64,000 bases of DNA from the IMG/VR virus record IMGVR_UViG_3300029305_009042. The stretch is one strand, 5' to 3'. Source of the DNA: an uncultured virus (IMG/VR IMGVR_UViG_3300029305_009042) (taxonomy: Duplodnaviria; Heunggongvirae; Uroviricota; Caudoviricetes). Shown one piece after another: positions 44,449 through 53,891 of the stretch (its first letter is position 1; the number at the start of each line of letters is the position of its first letter). Under the pieces are notes generated by a model. The model had not been told where the DNA came from. It did no database searches and saw only the letters and a list, made by a program, of their open reading frames with translations. A program made the translations under genes and the position numbers.

Positions 44449-46488
44449 TTAAAAGGTCGGACTCGCGGGCACACTTGGAGGTGAAAACGTCGGCTCCGTA
44501 TCAGCCACCCAGTTGCCGTTGAAAGGTTCGTTGGTGTCACCCTGTTCCCATACATACCCTTTATGCTGCGCCGCTAATGCGTCGCGATAGAACTGCTCAA
44601 ACTGCGAATCTTTTTCAGCCATCTGCCGTGCCAATGAAACTCTTCTGGCAGTATCCTCCTGCCTCCGTTCCCATTTACGCCGCTGCTCCTTATACTCATC
44701 ATACGCACGTCGATAATCCTGTGCTTCCCGCTTAGGCTCATAATCGCTCCGCGCAATATCCCTACGCAGCAGCTGATCGGCTTCCCAGTTCTTTTGACGC
44801 TGAGCTGCCTCATCTTTGCGCGTCTGCTGTTCCGCCTTCCAGTTGCTCTGACGCTGGTTTGCCTCGCGTTGACGCGCATCGAAATCTGCCTGCCAGTTCA
44901 CCTGACGCTGGGCTGCCTCGGCTTTACGCAGTTTCTGTTCCCTCTTCCAGTTCCGCTGCCGCTGCTCCGCTTCTTCTTTACGAGTCCGCTGCTCCGCTTC
45001 CCAGTTGCTCTGACGCTGTTTCGCCTCACTTCGGCGTAATGCACGATCCTCGGCAGCCTGTTCTTTCTGCGCCTCCCAGCGTGCTTTTTCAAACTGCTCG
45101 CGCTGAGCCAGTTCTTTTTCAGATTGTTCCTTACGCTGACGCTGATCGGCATACCGGGCAGCCTGGTCCGCCTGTGCCTGCGACCGGCGATCCTGCTTTG
45201 CTGCTTCCTCCGCGTCCATCTTGGTGAGCTGTCCCGCTGTCGGAAGATCCAGAGTGCCTGAAGCAAGATATTCCTTGAGCGCCTGACGGACAAGGATCTT
45301 CTTGCCGCGAAGATGCGGAGCTACCTCCAGAAGGTCGTTGTACGCTTCCAGAACTTCCTCCGGATCCTGCTCCTTCAAGAACTCATCCGAGTTCATGATG
45401 TCTATGAACAGCGACTCATTCATGATCTTACGCATACGCGCTTCGTGAAGCGGATCGTTCAGCGTATTCAGAATACCGTATTCCCGCTCCGTAGCCCCCT
45501 GCCATTCAGGATGGAGCATCGTTTCCAGACGCGAGAAAGGGCGCGTAGCATCCAGCTCCTCACGGAAGGCCTCCTTTCTCATTTCCAGAGCAGCTTTCTT
45601 GACCTGGATCGGAGTCAGAAGGGCGCGGTGCATCTCAGAACCGTGGATCTCGGACTTCCACGCCTCGTCCATCTCCTGCTCGACAGCAGCACATTTGGAA
45701 CGGACGATGACCTGCGTGTTCTTCAGTTTTCCGCAGGTATCCAGCGAGTTGAGGACCTCCTCGAACTGCTTGAAGAAGTCATGCGTCGCCGGAAGCAGTT
45801 CCGTACTGGGAGAGTATTTTGCTACCTTGACCGTTGGATACGTTTCCGCAATATACTGCATGACCTCCCCGCCCTTTTTGCCGTAGACTGCCGCCGCGGT
45901 CTTGCACATATCGCCAAACGAAGGCATTTCCGGACGGCGAAGGATCCCGGCCAGTTTATCCATCCGGTCATAAAGCTCGGCGTTCGCCAGCTCCATCGCG
46001 GCATCCGTCTGCTCCTGCGTAAAACGAAGCTGAAGCCGGAGATCCCGGTTCGTATTGGAGAGCTGATCCGCAGAAGGAACAGAAGCGGTCTTCTGCATAG
46101 GAACCTGTCCGCGGTAGCAATCCAGCGGATCCTTCTGAAAAAGGGCACCAGCTGACAGACTGAACGTATTGTCCGCCCGCATGGGACGCTGCCGTGCCGC
46201 CGCTTTCTTGACCTGATCCGGGTAGAGCTCGCTCCGAATCTTCGCAAGATTGGCAATGGGGAACGAAGCAGTCTTTGAGCGCACCGAATCGTGCTGTGCC
46301 CAATGATCTGCGGTTGCGCCTGCATTGTAGGCGTTGACGAGTATCGGAAGACGGTCCGGAGTCAAATTCATCTCCTTCGCAGTCTTAATAATAGCGGTAT
46401 TGGGGGAACAGCCCTCCGCACAGTAATCGCTGATCTTCTCGACCGCTGCACTGAGCTGTTCTCTTTCCTGAGTATTGATCGACGGCAT
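44449..46488 (-). CDS. Putative internal head/scaffold protein, K-x-A rich, with charged helical repeats
   Basis: 679 aa; KTAS x2, KKAA x2, KTAA, KTAK; C-terminal 18-aa repeats. Confidence 0.7.
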   Translation of the reverse strand: MPSINTQEREQLSAAVEKISDYCAEGCSPNTAIIKTAKEMNLTPDRLPILVNAYNAGATADHWAQHDSVRSKTASFPIANLAKIRSELYPDQVKKAAARQRPMRADNTFSLSAGALFQKDPLDCYRGQVPMQKTASVPSADQLSNTNRDLRLQLRFTQEQTDAAMELANAELYDRMDKLAGILRRPEMPSFGDMCKTAAAVYGKKGGEVMQYIAETYPTVKVAKYSPSTELLPATHDFFKQFEEVLNSLDTCGKLKNTQVIVRSKCAAVEQEMDEAWKSEIHGSEMHRALLTPIQVKKAALEMRKEAFREELDATRPFSRLETMLHPEWQGATEREYGILNTLNDPLHEARMRKIMNESLFIDIMNSDEFLKEQDPEEVLEAYNDLLEVAPHLRGKKILVRQALKEYLASGTLDLPTAGQLTKMDAEEAAKQDRRSQAQADQAARYADQRQRKEQSEKELAQREQFEKARWEAQKEQAAEDRALRRSEAKQRQSNWEAEQRTRKEEAEQRQRNWKREQKLRKAEAAQRQVNWQADFDARQREANQRQSNWKAEQQTRKDEAAQRQKNWEADQLLRRDIARSDYEPKREAQDYRRAYDEYKEQRRKWERRQEDTARRVSLARQMAEKDSQFEQFYRDALAAQHKGYVWEQGDTNEPFNGNWVADTEPTFSPPSVPASPTF
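44758..45027 (-). repeat. 54-bp coding repeat, 5 copies (EAxQRQxNWxxxxxxRxx)
   Basis: EAKQRQSNW / EAEQRQRNW / EAAQRQVNW / EANQRQSNW / EAAQRQKNW at exact 18-aa period. Confidence 0.92.
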
Positions 46489-46490
46489 GA

Positions 46491-47444
46491 TTAATCCTTT
46501 GCTGTTGGAAGACCCCGATTGGTCGGGATCGGAAACTTGAAGTCGGCGGCCTCTTTCAGCGATTCCGCTTCACCTGTCAGAGTCAGGCTGACAAGCTCAT
46601 GAAACTGAGGCTCGACCGGTTTATGCTTGTAGTCGGAAAGCGGGTTGGTCTTCGGGATCCCGCCGACGGAAAGTCCCAGCGTACCGAGCATCGCCTGAAT
46701 ATGTTCCGCGATCTGCCCTTTGGAGGATCCGGAGGAAAGGTCTTCCATCTTGTCCACTTCCATAACTTTGGCAAACAGCTGAAGAAGCTGTCTGTCCGCC
46801 ATGTTTCCCCCGCCTGCTTTCTTGGCGGCAATGGCGCAGGAGATCTTGAAGGAACCGGCAATATCCTCGTTCAGCCGGGCACCTACCGCATCCGGCGTCA
46901 TGGCGAATGTCGGATTCACTGTTCTGGAAATGACCGCGCGAAGGACTTCCGGACCCTGATAGTAGCCGAACAGCTTCCATAGTGCGCCGACATTGCTCTC
47001 CTTCAAACGCTGAATATCCGGACCAATGACGTAATTCAAAATATAGGATTCGGATTCCAGTTTCCCGCGGACATCAAAGAAAAGCTCCTCAAAAGCGGTA
47101 ATGGCCGCAATCGGAATATCGATCCGGACTGCCAGCTCTTCCCGCTCCACACGAGCCAGGATCATCCCCTCCAGCTCAAATCGGTAATTGCTGGATGTGT
47201 CCGTATAAATGGACCACGCTGTGTAAATGTCCCCGTACATAATGATCAGCTCATTATTAATAACAGGGTCTTCTTCCCGCGCCAGCGACTGAAGGAACGC
47301 TTCCGCCCGGCGGATCCACTGACAGCCGTTCTCAGTATCCCAGAACGGCGTTGCTGCCGGACCGCTTCCGGACACAATGCTTTGAGCACGCTTCCACTTC
47401 CAGTCCGGAGACCGGTTAAAGGAAGCCGCGAAATCCGAATTCAT
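46491..47444 (-). CDS. Hypothetical phage protein
   Basis: 317 aa, GAGG RBS, ATGA coupling with upstream gene. Confidence 0.7.
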   Translation of the reverse strand: MNSDFAASFNRSPDWKWKRAQSIVSGSGPAATPFWDTENGCQWIRRAEAFLQSLAREEDPVINNELIIMYGDIYTAWSIYTDTSSNYRFELEGMILARVEREELAVRIDIPIAAITAFEELFFDVRGKLESESYILNYVIGPDIQRLKESNVGALWKLFGYYQGPEVLRAVISRTVNPTFAMTPDAVGARLNEDIAGSFKISCAIAAKKAGGGNMADRQLLQLFAKVMEVDKMEDLSSGSSKGQIAEHIQAMLGTLGLSVGGIPKTNPLSDYKHKPVEPQFHELVSLTLTGEAESLKEAADFKFPIPTNRGLPTAKD

Positions 47445-47929
47445 TCTGAAACCTCGATCATTGGCGGATCCTGTGCCAGTGTATGCTTTACACCGTGGAT
47501 CAGGATCACGCATAACATCGCCAGAAACGCGGCAAGAAGGAAGGCAGCGTGCCGGGCATAGTACTCCTGCAAGCCTTCCTGATAAAGCATCCGAAGTGCG
47601 TCCGGAACAGCGCGTGCTGCCAGCCCCTCTTCTTTGCGTTTACCGTAGCGAATACAAAAACCAGCTCCTCCCGGCTCAATGTAAAATACCGGAGGAGCAC
47701 CCCACTGTGCAGCAGCAAGTTCGGAAGTCCACGAATACGGCTTTTCAAAGCCCGCAAACTGGATCACTGCGGCGGCATCCGGAAGATCTTCCTGAATACA
47801 GACGGCTTCATCACAAATGTGGTACATATCCACGGAAAGGCTTTCCTTGATCCGGTCCCAGTCCAATTCAGGATGGAGCGTATCTTCTTCCTTCCCTACG
47901 ACGACCAGCAGCTTCCGTATCTTGTGCAT
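47441..47929 (-). CDS. Hypothetical protein with C-terminal TM helix
   Basis: TAATG coupling to holin-like gene; AAFLLAAFLAMLCVILI. Confidence 0.6.
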   Translation of the reverse strand: MHKIRKLLVVVGKEEDTLHPELDWDRIKESLSVDMYHICDEAVCIQEDLPDAAAVIQFAGFEKPYSWTSELAAAQWGAPPVFYIEPGGAGFCIRYGKRKEEGLAARAVPDALRMLYQEGLQEYYARHAAFLLAAFLAMLCVILIHGVKHTLAQDPPMIEVSE

Positions 47930-48228
47930 TAAAATTCCTCCGTCTTGCGTTTGATCACGTTTCTGCCTGCCGCGCAAAGAAACTCAAACGTCGTTTTTCC
48001 AGCGAAACCGCCAACAACGCCGGCTGCCAGAAGAACATTCTCCTTGTCCGTAACCAGCGCCATCATGCCGGAGATCGCCATCGCCGCCGCAAAACTGCTG
48101 AACAGGCGGTAGACTACCAGACGGGACGTAAAAGGGCGCCCCGGTTCAAGAAGTTTCATAACCCCGCCTATCAGTCCGAACAGCCCGTAAAGCAGCATAC
48201 TGTGTATTGCAGGCCAATGCTCAGCCAT
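47929..48228 (-). CDS. Putative holin (3 TM, basic C-terminus)
   Basis: 99 aa; GLFGLIGG, SSFAAAMAISG, AAGVVGGFAG and a charged tail. Confidence 0.6.
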   Translation of the reverse strand: MAEHWPAIHSMLLYGLFGLIGGVMKLLEPGRPFTSRLVVYRLFSSFAAAMAISGMMALVTDKENVLLAAGVVGGFAGKTTFEFLCAAGRNVIKRKTEEF

Positions 48229-48853
48229 TATCGTCTCTCCAGGAAATGCAGGTCATACGCAGTAAATGATCGGCAGGAACCCGCTGGACCACCCCAGGAT
48301 ACAGAACCTGCATTTGCTCCTGAAGCTCCCGCGACTTCTCATGTGTCTTCCGATCGTAGCCCAGCTTTATGTACCGCAGGGAACAAAACGGACGGTGCCT
48401 CAAGACGATCTGATTATAATGGAACAGGTCCCGACAGGCAAATTCCAGCTCTTCCTCCTGAAGACACCGGATCGCGTCAGGACCTAAAATAAAGGATCCG
48501 TCAAACCCAATGAAAAACGTAAGGAACCGCCGCAGAGACTGATCCCACAAAGCACCGTCCCGCCGTGCGGCTTCCTTCATGGAACCGCCAAGATACGCCG
48601 CGGTCTCCGCGCCGCGAAGATGCCACGGCTCAAGACCCAGATACCGAAAGTACTCGCGCAGTTCCAGAAAACTGACTCGAACCACGTGCCCGTAACGGTA
48701 AAAACCGCGCGTCGTATGCAGGTGCCCGCGCTTAATTTCCTCGCGGAGGAACTCGGCGGACACACCCAGCTGTTTGGCAGCCTTGGGCACGGTCATTGAT
48801 GTTTTTGTCGTTCGGAAGCCTACCCGCCGAAGTGTTTCTTTTTTGCTGTCCAT
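48221..48853 (-). CDS. Excisionase/MerR-type HTH DNA-binding protein
   Basis: MTVPKAAKQLGVSAEFLREEIKRGHL...VRVSFLELREY. Confidence 0.7.
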   Translation of the reverse strand: MDSKKETLRRVGFRTTKTSMTVPKAAKQLGVSAEFLREEIKRGHLHTTRGFYRYGHVVRVSFLELREYFRYLGLEPWHLRGAETAAYLGGSMKEAARRDGALWDQSLRRFLTFFIGFDGSFILGPDAIRCLQEEELEFACRDLFHYNQIVLRHRPFCSLRYIKLGYDRKTHEKSRELQEQMQVLYPGVVQRVPADHLLRMTCISWRDDNG

Positions 48854-49023
48854 CCCGTACCAGATTCTGAAGGATCATGTTGGCTGCCCGTCCCGGATCT
48901 GACCAGATGAGCGACGCAGGCGTCACGCCCAGCTGCTCGGCAGAAACCTCCGCAACCAGCTGATTCGGGATGCCTGCTTCTGAATAGTAGGAGGGGCCGG
49001 AAATACTATCAAACGGCTGCATG

Positions 49024-51606
49024 TCAGAACCCCGTGTAGTCGCGCCCTACCAAAAGCTCCGCTGCCGTCTCCCGCAGCGAAGACGGAAGATTGGCAACAA
49101 ACGCCGCTTTATACAGAGCATACTGAGCCGCCAGTTTCCGGATCGAAGGATCCTCGCCCAGAGCGTAGACTTCTTCAGGACTCAGCGTAAAATCAGGTGC
49201 CGGAGAAACCGCCGCCAGTGCAGCCTGCTTAAAGAACCTGTCCGGATGAATGGACGGAAGATTCTGGGAAGCAGCCCAATGGAAAAGCGGTTCCGGAGCG
49301 TGGACCGCCGGTTTCGGAAGCGCCTGCGCTGCAGCGCACTTCTCCAAGAAGTCATTGGAAAGCGGAGCGATGATCTCTCCGAGCTGTGCCGCCTTTTCCA
49401 GCGGAAGATCCCCGGTCAACTGCACAAACTGGCTGGGCGTCAGGCAGACATGGAGGTCCTGAAATGCTTTCTGTACCGCGTCAAAAGAATACCGCTTCGC
49501 CTCGGCGACCTTCTTCAGCGGAATGTGGTTCAGCACGGAAAGGAAAGAAGCACGCTTTTCCCAGAGCCGTCTGGCATGGAAGTCCGCAACAGCTCTCTTC
49601 AGCAGCTGGAGTGCGTGGACCTGCTCCGGATCCTCCATATAGTGTCCGCCCCCGGTCACGCACAGCTGACGGGCAAGTTCTGCCCCTCCGTAAGTTACTG
49701 GTGTACCTGCGGAAGCCTGCTTCGTGAGTCTGCCGGAAGAGTACGCGATACGATCGGCCGGTACGAAGACATGCGAGATGTCAAAAAAGGACGGTCTTGT
49801 GTTATCCGCATAAAGCTGGACCAGTTTCCCATCCACACTGGCGATCTTTCCCATATGGTGCTTCAGTCCGCCAGCCCGGCACTTCCCGCCTTCATGTGTC
49901 CCGGTGCAGTACTCCGCCGTGGTCTGCGCCTTATTTCCACAAAACGAACAAATATCATAGGGGACACTGCAGTTATGACTGATCAATCCCGCCGCGGAGT
50001 AAGAAGGGTCATCGGCGACCTCAAAGTTATACGTCTGAATATCCGTAACCGCGCGGTACCGGATCTCCTTAATCTTGTAAGCAAAGAATCCGTCCTGATA
50101 CGTACGTATCTTGCTGCCTCGCTCTCGATCTGTAACTTCGGGTATCCTGCTGCTGATCTTGTCCGAATAAGCTGCCAGCTCCGCGAGATCAGGTTTCGCG
50201 AAATTGATCTGGAACTCAACTCCGCTGTTCTTCATTCCACTGGTCGCACAGCGGGTATGATCTATGCAGTAAATAGACACCGCGTAACCCAATTGCATGC
50301 CCAAATCGCGAGCCTGCAGCGCAAGACTCCGGCTGCAAGTCGAGATATGCGCCCCTTTGTCATCAACGTAGCCGTCGCCGTCGATCCATGCACCGAGGAA
50401 CGCAAGCTGTACTTCCCGCCGGGCATTACTGATTTCCGGCGGGACAATCTTGTCGTGACTGCCCGTGCGTATCAGCTTATTCACAAATCGGGCAAGCTCC
50501 GCTGAGTACACAGAAACTACCAGCCCCTGCACTGAACTGCGATGCGGTCTGATACTTACTGTAATCTCCGGCCACATTTCGTGTAGATACTTCGGAACCT
50601 TTCTGGGGAGCGAGTCGCTCACGTTACACGCGAAAGCTACCGTGTTAGGATTCCCTTTGCAAAAACTGACATAGCCTTCCGCCATGTAGTATCCCAGAAC
50701 CGCTGCCAGCTCTGTGTCATCCAGTGCACCAAAAGCCGTGTGTCTGGATACAGCGCGATAAAACAAGTAATCACCGATCTGCAGCTTCTCTGCCGGCACC
50801 CACTCCGGACCTGCCTCCGCCGAGTCCCCCGCAAAGAAACGTGTGATCTCTTTTCGCGGATTGTCACTGCGCAGACACTTCGCCCACATAAGATGATCCG
50901 CCGTCAGCTCCAGCGGAAAGGGAAGCCCTGTTATGTGCAGTTCGCAAAGTTGCCCGGTATATCTCCGGCGGTTCAACGCCGTTACTGGTTTCCAACCCGA
51001 GTCTTTTGTCCACACAAGATCACCGACCTGAATATCCTTGATCGGCACGTAACCCTTATCACGCGTCAGGATCGGGTAGTCCGGATTTGTAAGACAGGCC
51101 ATCGATACCGGGAGATCCTTCCCGGCTGCCAGTTTCTCCATCTCCTTATCCGCCAGCAAGCCGTTATTAGCCCGCGCCGCGGCTTCGGTAGCGTTCAGCG
51201 CCACGATCAGCTCCACACGGGACATGGCCTCATTGAACGCGGACGCCTTCACAAGTCCGTAGCTCTTGGACTTATCCGTGTTTTTGTGATCGCGATAGAC
51301 CCGCGCATCCTTTACGAAAGTAGGATGATACTTCCGGCACGCTTCCTCCGAAAAGCCGTCGCCATTCCGGTTCGGGCCATATGCTTCCGTGGATCCCAGC
51401 CCGATCAAATGCACATATTCTTCACCCGGCTTCTTCTCCATGGACGCGAACTTGTCGAGCAGTTCGTCTGACGAAGCACATGCCCGCTTCACAAACGACT
51501 TCCGGTCCACCACCCCGCGCGACGAACACTTGATCAGTGCCGACCGCGGCGTCTCGTCGCTCCATAAACTATCCTTCCAGGCATCGCTGGATATGACTTT
51601 TAACAT
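49024..51606 (-). CDS. Putative prohead (capsid maturation) protease precursor containing an intein
   Basis: Extein motifs NRNGDGF, VYRDHKN, VSMA|CSVPYDICSFCGN, FFDISHVFVPAD; K-x-A-rich C-terminal region; head-gene context. Confidence 0.7.
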   Translation of the reverse strand: MLKVISSDAWKDSLWSDETPRSALIKCSSRGVVDRKSFVKRACASSDELLDKFASMEKKPGEEYVHLIGLGSTEAYGPNRNGDGFSEEACRKYHPTFVKDARVYRDHKNTDKSKSYGLVKASAFNEAMSRVELIVALNATEAAARANNGLLADKEMEKLAAGKDLPVSMACLTNPDYPILTRDKGYVPIKDIQVGDLVWTKDSGWKPVTALNRRRYTGQLCELHITGLPFPLELTADHLMWAKCLRSDNPRKEITRFFAGDSAEAGPEWVPAEKLQIGDYLFYRAVSRHTAFGALDDTELAAVLGYYMAEGYVSFCKGNPNTVAFACNVSDSLPRKVPKYLHEMWPEITVSIRPHRSSVQGLVVSVYSAELARFVNKLIRTGSHDKIVPPEISNARREVQLAFLGAWIDGDGYVDDKGAHISTCSRSLALQARDLGMQLGYAVSIYCIDHTRCATSGMKNSGVEFQINFAKPDLAELAAYSDKISSRIPEVTDRERGSKIRTYQDGFFAYKIKEIRYRAVTDIQTYNFEVADDPSYSAAGLISHNCSVPYDICSFCGNKAQTTAEYCTGTHEGGKCRAGGLKHHMGKIASVDGKLVQLYADNTRPSFFDISHVFVPADRIAYSSGRLTKQASAGTPVTYGGAELARQLCVTGGGHYMEDPEQVHALQLLKRAVADFHARRLWEKRASFLSVLNHIPLKKVAEAKRYSFDAVQKAFQDLHVCLTPSQFVQLTGDLPLEKAAQLGEIIAPLSNDFLEKCAAAQALPKPAVHAPEPLFHWAASQNLPSIHPDRFFKQAALAAVSPAPDFTLSPEEVYALGEDPSIRKLAAQYALYKAAFVANLPSSLRETAAELLVGRDYTGF
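49972..51096 (-). mobile_element. Intein (375 aa) with LAGLIDADG homing endonuclease
   Basis: Block A CLTNPDYPILT..GYVPIKDIQVGD, block B LTADHLMW, LAGLIDADG motifs LGYYMAEG and FLGAWIDGDG, blocks F/G TYNFEV..SYSAAGLISHN followed by Cys+1. Confidence 0.95.
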
Positions 51607-51618
51607 AGCTTTGTCCTT

Positions 51619-51936
51619 TTACCCTCTCCCGAGCGGCTTATCCACAATAACACCGCCTACACCGTCCGGAATATTATTTGCCTGTGTTAGATGTTTCCAT
51701 CCCTTTGCACTTCCTACACGTGCTAGTTCCGCACCTGTCCCGGTCAATCCGCCCATCAGGGTACAGCGTAACAGATACTTGCCGACCTCTTCCTGTGGAA
51801 GCTGCTTTCTGGTCAGCAGCCCGGTCAAGGCCCCTGCACCTAATCCAGCGACTGGAAGTAATGGAGAGGCTTGGTCATTTTTGATAAACTTGATAATATG
51901 ATCAAGTGCAGTGTAATGTCCCGTGTCCTTAGCCAT
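51619..51936 (-). CDS. Small glycine-zipper protein
   Basis: AGLGAGALTGLL and LMGGLTGTGA segments; directly upstream of protease gene. Confidence 0.6.
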   Translation of the reverse strand: MAKDTGHYTALDHIIKFIKNDQASPLLPVAGLGAGALTGLLTRKQLPQEEVGKYLLRCTLMGGLTGTGAELARVGSAKGWKHLTQANNIPDGVGGVIVDKPLGRG

Positions 51937-51953
51937 GTTTAGAATCCAAAATT

Positions 51954-52808
51954 ATGACCACTTACTATCAACAACTCTCGGAGTATAACAGATACGCCCA
52001 AACCATGCAAAGATGCAAGACGGCTGGACAGCAGCCTTCTCTAGACCCGATACACCTGACCGGTAGGGACGACAACTGGACAGACGCCACCAGTATCCAA
52101 CAGCTGTACCTGGCTTCTGATCCCAAAACACGAGAGTACATTAACGACTGGCGGAGTCAGCATGGAGGAAAGATCAATGCCCTCCAGCTACTTATGCGCG
52201 CAGGAGCATCCGGCGAGCCAAACCGGCACCTCTGGGGTATGATTGCCTCAAATGCCGTCGATGAGTGGGCCGGGAAACGTACAGGCCTTTTCTCCGCACC
52301 AGGTATGCAGAATATACGCAGCTCCGCGTTAAACGCTCTGCGGGATATGGATGCTACCCTCGGCGGTTGGTTCGGACTGCGTGCCGGATATTATATGCTG
52401 CCGGACAGTTGGTATCGAGGACCCCTGGCCGATGCTATCCGAGAGGGAATTCTTACAAAGGATTCCGCGGATCCTGCACAGGGCAGCTTCAGGCATAAAC
52501 CGAAAGCATACACACCTGACATCATGCACTACACCGCGCCTGCAATGGCACTGGGTGCACCTGTAGCATTGGGCGGAATACTGGCAGGAAAACCGCTCCT
52601 GGGTCTTACCGGAGCCGCCGTTATCGGCGCTGCCGGCGCAGGTTACGGTGCCGCAAGACAAAACGGCTGGAAAGGCTGGGAGCCGATCAACAGTGCCGCC
52701 GATTCATTCAACGGACTGTTTTCCAGCAAAACTCCTGAAACACCTAAAAAAGAAAAAGCGGAATCCATGAATCCCGCTTCTAAACCGAATGACAATAAGC
52801 AAAATTAA
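51954..52808 (+). CDS. Putative head/cargo protein with K-x-A leader and C-terminal glycine zipper
   Basis: RCKTAG near N-terminus; ALGAPVALGGILAGKPLLGLTGAAVIGAAGAGYG. Confidence 0.65.
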   Translation: MTTYYQQLSEYNRYAQTMQRCKTAGQQPSLDPIHLTGRDDNWTDATSIQQLYLASDPKTREYINDWRSQHGGKINALQLLMRAGASGEPNRHLWGMIASNAVDEWAGKRTGLFSAPGMQNIRSSALNALRDMDATLGGWFGLRAGYYMLPDSWYRGPLADAIREGILTKDSADPAQGSFRHKPKAYTPDIMHYTAPAMALGAPVALGGILAGKPLLGLTGAAVIGAAGAGYGAARQNGWKGWEPINSAADSFNGLFSSKTPETPKKEKAESMNPASKPNDNKQN

Positions 52809-53827
52809 TGTAAGGAACCGCCCAGTCCGTCGATGATCCCTCCCCATGTGCCGATCTCGCGTAATTTCTGTTCTCCAGCAGGAGACAGTATACTCAAGGC
52901 TCCTAACGTTTTACCAACAACTGCCGATGTCGCCCAGCCGATGCCGGCATTTACCAGTGTCCCCATTACGGCAGTAGGTGTAGTAAACGGACTGTTATTC
53001 GGGCGGGAAGCCTCCAGCGTACTGGATACCAGCAGGGCGTTGTCCGGCTGGATCCAGCCGCTCTGGGTGTCGTCCCAGATCGCACGATTAAACGTGTCTA
53101 CATTGATTAAAGAAGCGTCTCTCTCCAGAGCCCCAAAGGCATTAACTTCCGCCCGTTTACCAAAAGCCTGTCGTCTGGCTTCCTCTACTTCCTTTTTGAC
53201 TGCATAAGTTGGCGAGGCGTCTTTAAGCTCGTCTTCTGTCATCCCCATCGCGCGAAAAAAACCCACCTCCGGTCTTCGAGCGCGGGTACCATCCTCCAAT
53301 ACAGGACGCGTCTGGTAACTATGAAGCGCACCCGCCGCTAGCCCGGGCAAAAGCCCAACCCCGCCTGCAATCAATGTAGGCTTTAGTGCATGACGCAGCT
53401 TATACTTGAAAGGAACCGGAAGATCCCAGGTATCATACAGGCTCTTCCCAAATAAAGCTCCGCCTCCCAGCAAAGCTCCTGTCAACGAAAGTTTAGCTGG
53501 CGTATCGATAAACGAAGCGTATTTCTTCAACTGCTCTGCCGGGCGATAGCTATACGGATGCTGAAGCAGTACCCAGCCGTTCTCTTCATTCGTATCATCA
53601 CGAAAACTGGAAAACGGCAGATTTCCACTGGCATAGAGTTCCTGACTATAAAACGCCCTTTTCTCTCTCTGCCGCCTGCCTGTGACTCTCACTGAAAATT
53701 CACCGGTCTCCGGCTTCCAGTAAACAAAAGCCCCCGCCAGATTCGCACCTGCCAGCTTCTCCTGATACTTTCGACCTTTATGTATCAGCTGTGCAATATC
53801 TTCTGCAGCCTGTAAATACTCTTGCAT
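52805..53827 (-). CDS. Putative head/cargo protein, K-x-A motifs and glycine-zipper helices
   Basis: GAGG RBS; KLAG, KRAF, KYAS, KRAE; LTGALLGGG, AGGVGLLPGLAAG. Confidence 0.7.
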   Translation of the reverse strand: MQEYLQAAEDIAQLIHKGRKYQEKLAGANLAGAFVYWKPETGEFSVRVTGRRQREKRAFYSQELYASGNLPFSSFRDDTNEENGWVLLQHPYSYRPAEQLKKYASFIDTPAKLSLTGALLGGGALFGKSLYDTWDLPVPFKYKLRHALKPTLIAGGVGLLPGLAAGALHSYQTRPVLEDGTRARRPEVGFFRAMGMTEDELKDASPTYAVKKEVEEARRQAFGKRAEVNAFGALERDASLINVDTFNRAIWDDTQSGWIQPDNALLVSSTLEASRPNNSPFTTPTAVMGTLVNAGIGWATSAVVGKTLGALSILSPAGEQKLREIGTWGGIIDGLGGSLH

Positions 53828-53842
53828 GATTACCTCAACAGC

Positions 53843-53875
53843 TAAAAAAAAGGCACGACAGCAGCGGCCGTGCCC
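53843..53875 (-). terminator. Probable rho-independent terminator
   Basis: GGCACG/CGTGCC stem followed by T-run on minus strand. Confidence 0.55.
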
Positions 53876-53891
53876 TTCGTTCCGAAGACGC

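Noticed and set aside
49021..50505. 494-aa plus-strand ORF (similarly 42307..43476, 32371..33579, 27050..27913, 45313..46155)
   Set aside because: Overlap better-supported genes on the opposite strand; Arg-rich shadow composition.
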